Origin: Halocafeteria seosinensis
Lineage: Eukaryota
Assembly (NCBI GenBank): GCA_001687465.1
Contig: LVLI01000080.1
Coordinates: forward strand, 62,001-126,000
Direction of reading: 5' to 3'
Length of the DNA: 64,000 nucleotides
Positions 11,136 to 25,600 of this stretch are shown in pieces. A program made the translations under genes and the position numbers. How positions within the stretch are numbered: the first letter of the stretch is position 1; every line of letters begins with the position of its first letter. Under the pieces are notes generated by a model that searched no databases, was not told where the DNA came from, and saw nothing but the letters and a program-made list of their open reading frames with translations.

Positions 11136-12586
11136 TCAATAAATGGCGCATAGTAATACACTGTGACCAGTTCCAGCAGCAATTAGCTCTATATTGACGT
11201 TTTCTTTTAGGCTTTCTTCCGATGAGTGGCCATTTCTGATTGTGCATTTCACAGGGTTGAAATACCCGTTACCGTCAAAATTATCTGCAGCCACCCGGTT
11301 TTCTTGAAGTACACCGAGGCCACCAAAAGAGTCACCCCAGGACCAAAGCCCTTGAATACTAGCATTATCCAAATAGAACGTGTGGTTAGCCCCTGTGGAA
11401 ATGCTACGTTTTTTACTAGTTATGTCCTGATCCTCACCAACATCCATTTTCCTTGGCAGCCGAAGCGCCGCCCCTTGCTTTTCTTGAGATAGAGTTCCAC
11501 ACTGCCCTTCGGAGCTTACACCCCAGCAGTAGACATCACCATTAGAGGTCAACGCGCTTGTGTGAAAATGACCACACGAAACATCGTTGAAGTGTTGCTT
11601 CCCCTCATGTGCGTCGACCACGATCTTGCCGGGGGAGGCGGTGTAAGGATACTGGAGTCCCGAACGTCCTAGACGCCCTCCGGAATTCGCTCCCCACGTC
11701 CATATATCTCCGCGATCTGTAAGCACTGTGCTGTGATGTTTGCCAGCTGCGAATTTTACCGGTGTCGAAGGCGCGTTCGGTATTCCCATAACTTTCAAAG
11801 GTTTAGGTCGGTGCCTACACGCTGGTGGACCGCATTGAGCATATCTGTTTGCACCCCACGTATAGACAGACATAGAAACATTATGGCATGGCCCATTCTG
11901 CCGGGGGGACTTCTCTAAAATCTCTGGACGCCTCACTTCGACAATCGCGCCAGCATGATTCGCTCCTGCCCCAATTTTCTTAACAGTACTTGGTCCAGGC
12001 TTCAGAGACTGTATCAGAGCCGGTTTTTCTGAATGCTCAAAAGCCCCATTTCCAAGCTGACCGAAACCATTATACCCCCACGCGTATACGTTCGCTTCCT
12101 CTGTCAAGCACAACGCAAATCTCCTGCCACAGCACAACTGCGTAACGCGAGGTTGTTGACTACCTGCGGGAAACGCTACTTTTGTAGGGTAGGGTCGCGG
12201 CGTTCCCAATAGCGTACCGAATTCGTAAAGGGATCCATCTGTAGCCCACCAGCACCAAAATATGCGAGGGAGTACGCTATAGCCACACCAAGATGGTATT
12301 CCGGGGTCACATGAGCTTACTCACCTTGCAGGACCAATCCCGTCCAATGGGCAGCACATGCTATATTTCGTACAGGCAGGGGAGGTTGCCACGGAACGGG
12401 AAGAAACTCGTGGTGATGGTCCTCGGGAGTGTTCTCGTGGCTCCATTGTATCTTGACATCCTCCGCTTCGTCCTGAAGGGCATCTTGATGATTCTCGGGT
12501 AAGAAGGCTACCGAGATTTGATGGAACCGGTTGTCTCCCACCACGTACAACTTTTGTCCCAAATGTGCACCGCTTGCCTCCTCCAT
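11136..12586 (-). CDS. RCC1-repeat (beta-propeller) protein
   Basis: Repeated VYAWGYNGFGQLG, IWTWGANSGGRLG and VSCGHFHT motifs; one intron near 12239-12324 joins the two ORFs. Confidence 0.85.
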
Positions 12587-12802
12587 GGCAGAGGCTTGCG
12601 TACTTTTGAATCAGCGTGGAATCAAACGTGGCGGCTATACACCCTGTAAAGTTTAACTCCCCACAAGTTGAAGTTTGCGACAGCCGTTAGATGTCATTCA
12701 CTGGAATTATGGTCGATTAGGGCGACATAATTTTTGCACGTGTTTGTTGCCCTGTATGTGTGTATCAAGGGGTTGGCAACAGCAGCAGCGGTCGAACTCA
12801 GA

Positions 12803-14681
12803 ATGGCGTCGTTAGCGGCGGCTGCCCTGGATGCTGAGGAGGAGGAGCAGCAGAAACAACAGCGTCAAGCCCGGCGTGCTGGCGGAGGAGCCCGAGGGAA
12901 GAAGTCTCAGCGTTCTGTACAGCAGGAGCAATCCAATCCGAATGAGGGCGATGACCAGCCGTCAGCGGCAGCCCAAAATGGAGGAGAGGAAAGAGGGTCG
13001 AGTGGATCCAAACGCACACGAGGCAATGCAGCAGCAGCTGTAAGCAGCACTTGGTTCTTGGTTATGGATGCCTTTGCTGTCGAATAACTACTTCTCGTAT
13101 GATTTTTTCGCGCACAGGAGAAGGCGATGCTGTTAATGCATACAGTACGGAATAAGCTCTCGTTATTGGATTTTGAACAGAAATTCCCTGATAGCGACGA
13201 AGGGCGTTCTTTGAATGTGGAAGAGATTTCCAGTATATACTTTGTCATCCCCGCGTCAAATGCCAGGTATGTCTGAGGTTGACTCGCTAGCATTGGGCTG
13301 TAAAATCACTGTATGTCTCTTTGTTGGCACCGTTTGCAGTGTACAATTCCAACATTTTTTGGCGCTTGTAGCATGGCTGATCAGGCAAACAGGAAGCTCG
13401 TTGACTATAGATCAATTTGATGATCCCACCACATCGTATGTTTGTTGGTTGTGCAAATTATGGTACTCACTTCGCGTTGAACACGAGGATTGTTACTCCC
13501 CGATACAGAGTCAACAATATCATGTTGGAACTGAACAAAATGAACTTCGAGGCAGATTTTGCTCCAATGAAACTGCGTTCGGCCTACGGAGAGCCCGTTT
13601 GTAAAGTGCTAGACTTTCTTTGCGACAAAGCATTGGAAGCTAGCGGGTTCTCCTTTGAAGCCCCCGTTTATCCTACTGAACAATATTATGAAGATGCTGT
13701 CGCAGCGGAGGGTGCCGAGGTACGCAAACAGTGTATGATCCCGCAGTCTAATTCATCTTGATCACTCCGTCTTTGGCACAGATTGAAATGGATGACGTAG
13801 AGGACGAAGCCAAAGAAGACGATGACGACGAAGATGTCCTTTATGCGGATCTTGTTCAACAAGAGCAATCAATAGATCGAGCAGAAGAGGAAGAGGCTGC
13901 CGAAGCAAATCGAGAAATGCTGCAGTCTACTGTTGACCCAGTGGCTTGGAAAACCGAGGTAGAAAGGGTCGCGCCAAGGTTGAAAATAAAACCAACTTTT
14001 ACAGGGAAAGAATGGAGGTCGCATCTTGAACAAACCAAGAAGCATGAAGAAGTAAGTTTCGATAAGGGAGTTACGTAAAACTCCTATGCTTATTCCTGTG
14101 TTCCCGCAGATGTTGGAAAAATTCGTCCCAGATACTCGTGTCTCCTTAGACAAGATCAGTTCCGACATTGGCGATATACTCGAAAAAGTGCAAAGCAAAG
14201 AAAAATATATAAACTCCACGTTCCAGTCCTTGGTAAGTTGGCTGGTGATACTACGTGTGTGTCTCTGACGGACTCTTAGTACACCACCTTTTTCCAACCG
14301 CAGGTTAAAGAGTACAGAGAGTTGCAAGAAAGGTTCAATTCGTTAACAGAAAATTACCAAGAAAAGTCTGAAAAGGTTAACCAGCTCAGTAACGAGCTCG
14401 CTAACATCCACGATCAGATAGATGAGTTGTCGAGCCAAATGGAAGACCGAGGTAGCAGTATGACTGACACAAGCCCTCTAGTTAAGATTAAGGCAGCACT
14501 AAGCAAACTACGCTCTGAAATCAACTCAATGGACATTCGAATCGGTGTGCTGGGGCACACTCTTATGCAGGCAAAGCTAAAGAAGTCTAATAGCCTCGGT
14601 AAGCGGAACAAGGAGGATACAGAAGAAGAAATGGAGCTCAGCGATGAGGAGATTTTAAATGAAGACCAATCAACGAACTGA
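12803..14681 (+). CDS. IFT57: Intraflagellar transport protein 57 (HIPPI)
   Basis: KLRSAYGEPVCKVLDFL, WKTEVERVAPRLK, KEWRSHLEQ and RGSSMTDTSPLVKIKAALSKLRSEINSMDIRIGVL motifs; six short GT-AG introns. Confidence 0.93.
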
Positions 14682-14776
14682 TTGAATAAACACCAACCGA
14701 TATATTGCCTGTACGTTCCCATTTCGTGTTATCGCATATTGGTTTTAAAAAATGAACCCTAGGGAGCTACGGCTGC

Positions 14777-15375
<599 letters not shown>

Positions 15376-15512
15376 TTTCACGGAAAGTTTGTTCTAACTG
15401 ATTCCACAGAAAAGAAAGGTACTATCTTCTGTATTCTTAAGAGGGTGTCTGCAGCTACATTCAACACGAAAAGGCGGTGGAAAGCGTCAGATAATGGAGT
15501 GGGCTACGGGAT

Positions 15513-15535
15513 CCGGGCGCAAAGCCCGGCCGGGC
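15513..15535. promoter_or_regulatory. Candidate cis-element CCGGGC-N5-GCCCGG-CCGGGC in a bidirectional promoter
   Basis: Lies between the divergent ubiquitin-fusion and GEMIN7 genes; matches the element at 3386-3409. Confidence 0.35.
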
Positions 15536-15639
15536 TTTGTCTTGTGAAGTTCGCAGTGAGGAATCGTTGGCCTCGATATAAGAGTACAGAGGGTCTCGTA
15601 GTTGCATGCAACGGATCATTCACGGCGAATTGGGAAAAA

Positions 15640-16289
15640 ATGGAAGAGGATAATACTGGCGGGTTATTTGCGTACTCGGTATCACCTCGGGAACTGCGTC
15701 AACTGGATCTGGCCGAAGATCGCATCAAGCGAAGTATACAGCATTTACGAAGAAAACGTAATGCGTCTGCCACAAACGATGAGTCTGGGAACGTATCGGC
15801 ATTAAGTTCGGAAGAGTATCACACAAGCTCAATCAAAAACCAGCAGGAACCTGGAGACAGCAGTAAGTCAGCCCTTCATCATGCACATTGCTTCTCGGTG
15901 TACCGTACACAGTGTACGCCTTCCTGGTTGCAGAAAGGCTAGAGAAACAATTAGGGGACCTAGAAGAGCAACTTCAACTCGTGCAACGGAAGAAAGGGTA
16001 CTTTCTCAGTATTCTGGAATTGCTCGCCTGTGAATCCCGCTACGCATGGATCCACTTGAAATCGACAACAGATGGGGGACAAGGAGAGGCACTAAGGGGA
16101 TACATTAACGCTGTTGACGGGCGATTCAGCTTTGTGCAGGTTTCTAACTTGGAAACCAACATGGGTACTTACCCTGAAGTGATTATACGAAGCACCGATA
16201 TTTCACAGGTAACATGGGACGCACTACAGAAGACGGAATACGACATGATACAAAAGAAAAGGCAGCATATGGACGAGCTGCCGTCGTGA
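15640..16289 (+). CDS. GEMIN7: Gemin7-like Sm-fold SMN complex subunit
   Basis: C-terminal AVDGRFSFVQVSNLETNMGTYPEVIIRSTDISQVTW resembles the Gemin7 signature (VSQLQTPIGV..EALLR.SDI); intron near 15863-15933. Confidence 0.7.
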
Positions 16290-16376
16290 CATTAGATTCG
16301 GGATCTCAACAACTTTTCTTGACTTGATTGAGAATACGGGCCTGAAAGATGTAGGTCCCAGGAATGCTCAGTTAGC

Positions 16377-17188
16377 TCACTTTTTCTTCTTCCCTTTTTT
16401 CTTGCCGCCTGACGCAGACTTGCCTCCAAGCTTTTCAGCTTGTTCATGTGCTTGTAGGTACCTAAGTACTACTTCCTCGGTGCTTGCGGTCTGGGGCTGA
16501 CCAACTCCATCGATCGTTTTGAATCCCTCGTTTCCGCAAAGTTCTGCCCAATACGACGCGTTTGCACCATCAGCATCACCCTTGTGTACGTCTACCCCTC
16601 TTGCTACAAGGAGCGCTGCGGTGTCATTCATGGATCCGTCTGCTTTCTGAGCACATAAATGTAACGGTGTTAGTCCTGTTTCCGCCTGGGGGGCATGAAT
16701 ATCAACTCCAGACTCTATCAACATTTCGGCAGCATCTGGCTGGTTGTATTGTATCGCGAGAATCAAGGGCTGTAAACAAGAGTCATAGTATGACTAAACT
16801 TTGAAGCAAGAATATATTCCTCCGCTTTACTTACCGTGGCTGCGCCGACAGAAAATGCTTCCCTTCTATCCAGATCAGCTCCGTGCTCACTTAATAAATC
16901 CAACAGTCGCATGTTGCCGGCTTTCGCTGCCATGTGAGCGGGAGTGGTTCCGTTTACATTGTGAGCGTTTGGAGAGGCACCATCGTATGTTAATAATCGC
17001 GCAGCCTCATCGACGTCTCCATCAGCGGCCGCACGAAGTAAGAGGGCATCACCTGCTTGCAGTCTTGGTCGGTTAGCGACAGTCAATGGTGTTTCTCCTT
17101 CCGACGACAAACGCGGGAACTCTCTCACAGTCCGACTCGTCGCACGCCTCTCAGCTGCAGTGGAGGGCTTCCAATCAGCAGTGGACAT
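16377..17188 (-). CDS. Ankyrin-repeat protein with a basic C-terminal tail (GGKKKGKKKK)
   Basis: GTTPAHMAA, ATPLILAI and GLTPLHLCA ankyrin motifs; one intron (GTAAGT...TTACAG) joins the two ORFs. Confidence 0.85.
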
Positions 17189-17601
17189 ACCTACAGACTC
17201 TCTTTTCCACACATCTGAGAATACACACGTCTGCTAATGCTGGTACCCTAATCTGCTTGCGACGTAGCAGTGTTTCGGTTTTGTCGCACGACTTCTACTC
17301 CCGTTTTCTCTTCCCACAAGACTTGATACAGGATGCCAATATGAAATCAATTGTTCTCATCGAAGAAGACAACTCGATACAGAATAAGCCACTCTGAGCT
17401 GCACAAATGAATTGCATTCCATGGCATGGGTTCAACGGTCTTCTTCAAGATCGCCAGCGTTGGACTTCACAGAACCCACTATTTACCACGCTGGTACAAC
17501 CTCTGAGGCTCTGAGAGCCTACCATGCGCTATTTGGCACTGCATTGTTGTTGTAGTAATCCATCAAAGTTTGCTAATTTGCTTTGGAAAGGGGTGTCACG
17601 A

Positions 17602-19844
17602 ATGGAACCCTCGGACTCTCATCAGGCGTCATCTGGACGCAGAGAGCCACAACATCATGAAGATCTGTCCAATGAACCCCATGCTAGTACAGACAGTATA
17701 TGGACGAATTCAGCCCCTGAAAATGGTGTGCGGTTGCGCTCACTTCCTCGTGGAGGAAATCGCCATCTTGTGGTCCCTACGGCGCACTCTCACATTCGTG
17801 TCTTGCCACTAGGAGCTGGCCAAGATGTGGGTCGGAGCTGTATATTAGTGTCATTTTATGGAACGGATAGGCAACCTTGGGAGAATCCTGTTACCGTGAT
17901 GTTGGACTGTGGCATTCACCTTGGTTTCAGTGATTCGCGAAGGTATCCGAATTTTAGATACGTGAGCAAGGAAGGTGACTACACGGGAGCTATTGACGCA
18001 GTCCTCATTAGTCACTTTCATCTGGACCATATAGGAGCCCTACCAATTTTCACTGAGCAATGTGGATACGATGGACCTATTTTTGCTAGTTATCCGACGA
18101 AAGCAATCGCTCCAATTATGCTTGGCGATTTAAGGTACGCTGAAGAGATTCCCGGGATTATATCGATTATGTATACCCCTTCTATTGCCTTTCAGATCGA
18201 GCGGTAGCAAGAAACATGGTCGATTTTATGACCAAGGTTCTATAACGAAATGTATGAGGAAAGTGACACCGCTTCAGTTGCATCAAACTGTCACAGTAAA
18301 ATCTGGATTAGATCGTATAGAAATCACCCCGTACTATGCCGGTCATGTTCTCGGTGCTGTAATGTTTCGAATCGCCGTAAACGATGCATCAGTTGTATAT
18401 ACAGGGGACTTTAACTCTGTGGCTGAACGACACTTAGGAGCAGCCTCCATTCCTCGTTTTGTTCCCCCTCCGGACGTTCTCATTACGGAAAGCACTTACG
18501 CTACGAGTGTACACAGCTCCAGGACGGAAACTGAGCAAGAGCTGACAAATGCTGTAAGTTCCTTAAGGAGCGTGTAGCGTATGAGTTTATGCATGTCCAT
18601 TCTGCTCCATTCTTTGAACGCGCAGCTTAAGGAAACTGTGGTCAATAAACAAGGCAAAGTCTTAATTCCCGTCTATGCAGTTGGCAGGCTGCAAGAGTTA
18701 CTTCTAGTTGTTGAGGAATTCTGGGAACGCCACGATTTAAAAGTGCGTGATGGCTGAGAGACCTCTGGTAAACCGCTTCGAAGATTTGTCGAATTTGATA
18801 TATGCTACAGGTACCCATATATGTTGCCGGAGAGATGTCGGGCAAGGCGAATGACGTGTACGCACGATTTGTAGAATGGTGCTCCGCGGATACGGTGGAA
18901 AACTTTGAATTGACTGGAAAGTCGCCCTTTGCATCTTCCCTCGTTCAAAAGTTCGAAAAGAGTTATATGAATGCTCCAGGACCCATAGTAGTATTTGCCA
19001 CACCTGGGAGTATGGAAGGTGGAGTGTCCAGACAAGTATGTTATATGTTGTACGGATCTAGATAACTTCTCTGTATGGAACGCTCGATGCTCCTTCAATT
19101 GCAGTTACTAAAATCGTGGTCATCAGCTCCAGAAAACCTGATCGTGCTTCCTGGGCATTACGTCCCGGGTACAGTTGGTGCGAAGGTAAGAACGTCCTCC
19201 CAGTTTCAACAGTCAACATGAACAGCATTTTCCAATGCCCGCAGCTACTAGAGAGACACTCAGCCGTAGACTTGGCTCCCTCGGAAATAATAGAGGTGAA
19301 CTGTCGGTTGCTTTCAATTCCGTATTCCGCTCATACAGATCGAGATGGGATCATAGAAATGGTGTCAAAACTACGACCTACTAATGTGGTGCTCGTTCAC
19401 GGGGAAGTGACCGGTATGACAGTATTACAACATCAGTTGCAGCACAAGCTGTATGTACCGACTTTTTCACCAGCGAACCATACGGAATTAATGCTACCGC
19501 TTGGACGAAGAATTCTTGTGGAGGTGGATACTGATGCTATCGTGCCGCTGGACGGGAGTGCTACCAGCGATGACCGAAGTCACTCTGAGAATGCGGAAGA
19601 TCAGTCGGATAGTGACAATATTGACCTCAATACTCTGCGTAACCAAATAGAGTCTCAACTAGATGAAGATCGGCGGCTAGCCCGGAAGCGAACTGTCGAA
19701 GACAACGAGAATACTTCGTATAACGCTAGTGATACGGATGACGCCGAGTCATCCAAATTCACAGGGTGTGTAGCTGAAGGCAGCCAATTACGGTTTGTTG
19801 GTCCCGGGAATATTCGGGTTGTTGCACCAAGCAAGGCTGTATGA
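17602..19844 (+). CDS. INTS11: Integrator complex subunit 11 (CPSF73-like beta-CASP endonuclease)
   Basis: [65 protein letters not shown] and YSAHTD motifs; five GT-AG introns. The start codon is uncertain (17524 or 17602). Confidence 0.92.
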
Positions 19845-19891
19845 TCATGTTAGGTATAAGATAAGCGTTAGGAAAAAAATCAACATACAAG

Positions 19892-21079
19892 ATGTCGTCT
19901 AAGTTATCGTACTTGGAAAAATATTATGGAGGTGGTGCCACTGAGGGAGATAAGGGCGATTTCGCCACCACCAAGAAGCGTAAGAAGAAGGTAAGAAGCT
20001 CTTTATTCCATCTACACCACAAGATGAGTTATCTACTACATACTATGACGATGATGGTGGTGCTGCAGTCGGAAAAACGAAAGAAAAAATCGTCCGATGG
20101 GGAGCAGAAAGGCAGCAACATGTGGGTAGTGGATGACCAAGAGCTTGAAGATGTTCCACCAGCCGAAGAGCCTGATGAAGGGTACACCATAGTCCATGAG
20201 ACTCCGTCCCAGCAGCATTCCAGAGGGCATACGAATACCAACAAACACCATGACAGTAGCGAAGAGGAAGACGATGAAATAGAAGTGCCACGAAGAGGAC
20301 AACAGCAAGATGACTCAGATTCTCAAGTGCCTCCTCGGAGCCGTGATACCAGGCAAGATAGCGACAGTGAATCCGATGATAACGAACCGCCGAGAAGGAG
20401 ACGGGCAGATAGTGATAGTAGTCAGGGTAGCGAGGAGGAGCAGAGTGGCAGGCGGCAACGCGCTGACAGTTCGTCGGACAGCGACATGGACGCTAAGTTG
20501 CCTCGAAGGAAAGCTGACAGGAAGGGTGATACTGAGGATAATGACGAAACGACACGAAAGGGACAGAATATACTAACAGGAGAAAATGCTAAGACGGTCT
20601 TCCGAGACAAAGAGGGTCATAAAGTTGATGTCGAAGCCGAGATGAAGAGGCGCTCCGAGGAAAAGGCTCGAAAGTCCCAGTTGGAAGCAACAGCTAAATA
20701 TGATTGGAATGTAGGAGCAGCGCAAAAAAAAGAAAAACTAGAATACGCGAAGAAACTACAGGAAGCCAAAAATCAGAAAGTAAGCAGAGATCCAGATGAC
20801 GAAGACTTAGAGGAAGAACTGAAGAGCCAGTACCGAGAAGGAGATCCAATGGCTCCAATGTTAAAGAAGAAACAAAAGACCGGAGAACAAAAGTCAGCTA
20901 GTGGGAAGCCTTTATATAAGGGACCACCTCCTCCACCAAACCGATTTAACATTCGTCCAGGGTATCGCTGGGATGGCGTAGACAGAAGCAATGGATGGGA
21001 GGCCAAAGTAATTGCGAAGAAAGCCGAATCGTCTGCCAAACGTGACCAAGCGTATCAGATGAGCTCCGCGACACTATGA
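19892..21079 (+). CDS. BUD13: Pre-mRNA splicing RES complex subunit BUD13/CWC26
   Basis: N-terminal YLEKY; C-terminal TVFRDKEG, REGDPMA and PPNRFNIRPGYRWDGVDRSNGWE; in-frame intron near 19991-20068. Confidence 0.93.
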   Translation: MSSKLSYLEKYYGGGATEGDKGDFATTKKRKKKVRSSLFHLHHKMSYLLHTMTMMVVLQSEKRKKKSSDGEQKGSNMWVVDDQELEDVPPAEEPDEGYTIVHETPSQQHSRGHTNTNKHHDSSEEEDDEIEVPRRGQQQDDSDSQVPPRSRDTRQDSDSESDDNEPPRRRRADSDSSQGSEEEQSGRRQRADSSSDSDMDAKLPRRKADRKGDTEDNDETTRKGQNILTGENAKTVFRDKEGHKVDVEAEMKRRSEEKARKSQLEATAKYDWNVGAAQKKEKLEYAKKLQEAKNQKVSRDPDDEDLEEELKSQYREGDPMAPMLKKKQKTGEQKSASGKPLYKGPPPPPNRFNIRPGYRWDGVDRSNGWEAKVIAKKAESSAKRDQAYQMSSATL

Positions 21080-21404
21080 TCACTGGTGGTTTTCCCTCAG
21101 ACATCATCATTGGCCTAATCAACTGACGGAATATTTATTGTCGAAGATTCGTAGGAATAAAGTTGGGTACTCTTTAGTGACGTAATGATACCAGATGTTA
21201 AGTTTGCATATACAACAGAGGATCTTATCTTAAAGTATTTGGCAAAGGATCTGCATTTCTGCCGTGATTTCATAGAGAGTTGTACCTCCACAAAATGATA
21301 ATGATTCCCAGTCAGTCGATTCATTGCTGAATTGTTACAGTCCATTTAGTGTAGTCAATAACTCTTTTCGCCGAATCAACTTTGGTGGTACACAGACAGT
21401 AACA

Positions 21405-22165
21405 ATGTCTGGATCCATGCGCAACTATCTCCCGTTTGGGTCTAGCTCTGGCGAGGACCCAGAAGGCGGCGGTGGAACCATTTTCGGTAAAGGATCAGGG
21501 GAGGGCAAAGGACAGAGCCTATTCGGCGACTTAAGTGAATCGGCGACATTAACAAAGAGGCAGCGCCTCTACGGCTTCATCGGATGCTTTACAGTGGGCG
21601 TATTTCTATCAGTAATGGTGCGTACCCACGGAGGGAAAAAATATCCACTCCAGAATCGATATCTGTATACTGTGTCTTTTGCAGTCTACCTTTTTCTTTT
21701 TCCAAGTGGATAAATTCGCCATTTTATATACTCTAGGGAATCTCGTGGGGTTGCTTAGGTAAGTCTCAGATGGGTCTGTATCGCTCATTGATACTGCATG
21801 AGTACTTCGATGGCCTCCCGCTGCTGCAGCACCGGATTCCTGATTGGACCAGTTAAACAGTTTAAGAACATGTTTAAGCGAAAGAGGATAATTGCCACCG
21901 TTGTGTTCCTAGTGATGATAGTGGTCACAATTCTGGTAGCTCTAGTTATCCCGGTACGTTTCTGTGGGGCACTAAGTTCCTGGCAACATCATGGTATTGA
22001 CTGGGTGGTCTTGGAATGCAGTTCCCAAGCAAAGGCTCACGGGTAGTTGTACTGATACTCTGCGTCGTCATACAATCCCTTGCTTTAATCTGGTACACCG
22101 CATCGTATATTCCTTACGCAAGGAATATGATAAGAAGGTGTGCAATGCGCTGCTTGGGGCAGTAG
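21405..22165 (+). CDS. SFT2: Got1/SFT2-family vesicle transport protein
   Basis: LTKRQRLYGFIGCF, KFAILYTLGN, STGFLIGPVKQFKNMFKRKRIIAT and ALIWYTASYIPYAR; three introns; TAG at 22163-22165. Confidence 0.9.
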
Positions 22166-22697
22166 GATTATAATTGTTGGTCAGGCAGCACAAGGAAGTT
22201 GAGTGATTCTCGAGAGCAGAAGTTGCATTGAGTGGTGGCTTCGATAGAAGCCGCATGAAGGTAATAAGTAGTGCAGCGCTTTACCGTTGTATTCCATTCT
22301 TTTGTGCGGAACTAGTGATGAAGGACTACTCTCGGGCTACTGCGGATAATGTCCTTACGTTACTCAGTCCAGGTTATGCATCTAATATGGCTGACAATCA
22401 ATATACCGCCCCTGAAAGATATTTTTCCTGCATACTTGCGCGAGGTATTCACGCAGTCTTGTTGCTTAATTGGCCTGCCAGACATCTTCATCGTGCAGCT
22501 CCATTAACTTTCAGCATCAGTGATTTTCGTGATCGAAAGGCTGATCATCCCCGGATGTCATCCCAGTCATTCCGAGTTCCAAGTAATGGCGACAGAGACG
22601 TAACCACTCACTCAATTAGGTATTTTACCAGTAGATGGCTTGGTTATCAACCACCTCCGAGAACAATAGCCCTATGAAGTTTCACGCCTCATGGAAG

Positions 22698-25600
22698 CTA
22701 TATCGGAACCCCATCGATGTCTTCATCGTCATCACTGCTTTCTTCCATCGCATCGTTCTCCACAGCAGTACCAGAGTTTGCAGTCTGGGATTGATCATGC
22801 GAGATGTTGTTCGCATCAATTGGGACGCCATCTATCTCAGAATCCAATGGCACACCATCGACATCAGAATCAGTGCCCTCGGACGACTCCTCAGCATCGT
22901 TGGTTTCATCTACGGACACCCAAGACCCTTTTCCAGCCCTTGCTGCATACTTGTTTCTCCTTCTTTTCGTTAGCTTTTTCGCCCGTTTGTTCTCAGTCTT
23001 ACTTTCTACGTCTGCGCTACCCCCCCAATCCTTGTTCTCCAATTCAACCACTTTATCTGAGTTCCCTGGCTTCTCATCAAACCCGCTAAATTTCTTTTTA
23101 ATAAACTGGTTCACCCATGCGATGCGTTTAAGCATTGCATTAACGTTCAACCCTTCTGATTGCTGTCCCGCTTGCTTGCACTTCTGCTTTATGTCGTCCA
23201 GATTAAGCGTAGACTCGTCTACGTTTTCCCATTGCTCTTCAGGTGGTTGAGCGTCAGGACGCCAGAGCAAAGTTGCCTCAAGGCCGTGCAGAAACAAGGG
23301 AGGGAATACACCAATTGATTCCCATCGTCGAAGTACACGTTGTATTCTGTTTTTCATAGCTTCGGCAGTGATGCGCCCTGCGTATTTGTACAACTTTCGC
23401 AGAGTCCAACCAAGTTCCTCGAATGCAACTGGTAAAATATCTTCAATAGCATTACGATATACACTAGCATTCCTAACGGAGGCTGTACTGTTGTGCAAAA
23501 TATCATTAAGAAGGTAAAGTCGGGCAACTTTAGTAGGAGCGGGGGCAGTTCTTTTGGTCATCGACTGGCGAATCATGTCTACTATAGAGCGAGCCTTAGA
23601 AGCGTGTTCTAACGCCCACACCATCGCGTCGCAGATACTATCTCTTTGGAGGCTAACTCTCCTTAGTTTACGAACCCATTTTCTAAACTCTTTCTGACTA
23701 AGAAGCGTATAACCATGAGGAACATCTCCCGACGTTTCCTCATCCCCAAAATTGTCATCTTCATTTTGAGGGCAATCGGAATCTGATGCACTCCAACTAC
23801 GACCACTATCCCACGCTTCGTTAATGTCTGTTTCTGCATCATCGTCAGTATCACGTTTGGATCCGCTCCTGCTTCTGGTTCCAGTCACCTTGTCCAACAT
23901 TTGGTTCGCTCCCAAAAGGTTTCTTGGCCTTTTATATCTCTCCGTCGAAGGAGGGAACACCTGAAGGGGCTGAGGATCGATAGTACTGCCTTCGCGGTAC
24001 GCTTTGTCTTCGACCATACGGGGATCAGCATTCTCATAATACTCAACTCGTTCATTACTACTATGGGGAGCAATATGAGATGATTCTTTGCCTGCTTGCG
24101 ATTCATTAGATTTCGAAATCGCCTGGTCGGCAGTCTCTAGAGGAGGTGGAACCCACCATGGTCCTCCCACAGTCAATTGGAAAGGCTTGGTTCGCCAATG
24201 CTTGACTGAGTCCCCCATTACGAGGCTTATTGTCTTCCATCGGTAATATATACCTTCCGGAGTATTCCTCTCAAGTAAGAATCCGTAATTGTACGTTCCA
24301 TGAGTGTTGTAGTGTTCGCGTTCACTAGATATGAATAAATCCTCCAACGCCTGACCATCCTTTGAGACGTACAACGCCAACCTATCAATATGGCGTCTCC
24401 GAAGTGGATCTTGCGGTGGACGCACAACTATCTTAGGCGCACTATCAGGCATTTCGGGCCCTCCATACAGTCGTTGTTGTTCAGCTCTTTCTTTCTCCGC
24501 CAAACTGTCCTCGTGGGAAGGGTGATGAGCGTTTCGCTTCTTCGGGGTTCGTTCATTCGACGAATATCGTGGGGACTCTTCATCCTCACGAAAGTTGTTT
24601 CGACCACGAATAGGACTGGGACTCCTTCGGCGTGGGGACTGACTACGTCGGCGCTTTCGGTACCGATCACATCCACTCGATCCAGAGGAGCTGCGACTTC
24701 GCGATCTCCGTCTTCGGTTCCTACTCCGCCGCCGATCTCCATGCTGTTCACTGGACGAGCCATCGGATGAAGAGCGGCTCGGCGAACGATCACTACTTCG
24801 CTTCCTGCCAGCTCGTGCAACACGAGGGTTGACAGAACCGGGTGCAGTAGTTCCTCGAGCGCCTGAGATGGGCTTGCCCCAGCCTAACTTCAACGTTTGC
24901 CCTGCAATTTCACTATCCCACATGGACGCCATAGCATCTACTGCCTGCTCCCTGGTGTTGAAAGCAACAAAACCTGTGTTCCGTCCTCGGGCTTTTTCTT
25001 CTTCGTTCCGCGGCCACATCACCTTAACACTTATCAATTCTCCAAATTTTCCAAATTTCTTACTGAGGTATTCCTCCGTGACGGTTGGTGCTAGATTCCC
25101 CACATATATATTTGTAGAGTTAGGGTCACCCTCAGGTAGTGTTATTCTTCTGCCCGATGACGTAGTGACAGTGTGTGCCTTTCTTCCGGCCCCAGAGTCC
25201 GCCGGCGATGTTTCCTTGATCTCTTCCATGAGCTTATCAATCTCTCTCGTCTTGCCCTTCTTCTCTGCACGTGGAGGTCTCTTTGTAGAGCGTGTGGGTT
25301 GTTGCTGTTTAGGTGACGACGACCGACGTCCACGCGACTCCGTTCCTCGGCCGGCTTTTGGATCAGCTACCCTGTGTTTCATTTCCTGCATCATCCTGTC
25401 CATTTCACTTCCGACGCTGTTCTTCTGTCCATTCGAGGTCCCAGTGGAACTTTGTTCTGCTTGCCCCTCCGACTGATGGTTGGAGGCATTCTTCCGTGGT
25501 GTTGATGATGCATCTCCCGCCTTGTCATTCCCTTCCCCTTCTTCATCGTCTTCTTCCCCAAGTCCGAAGACATTCTGCACCGAGTCTTGAGGGTTTATGG

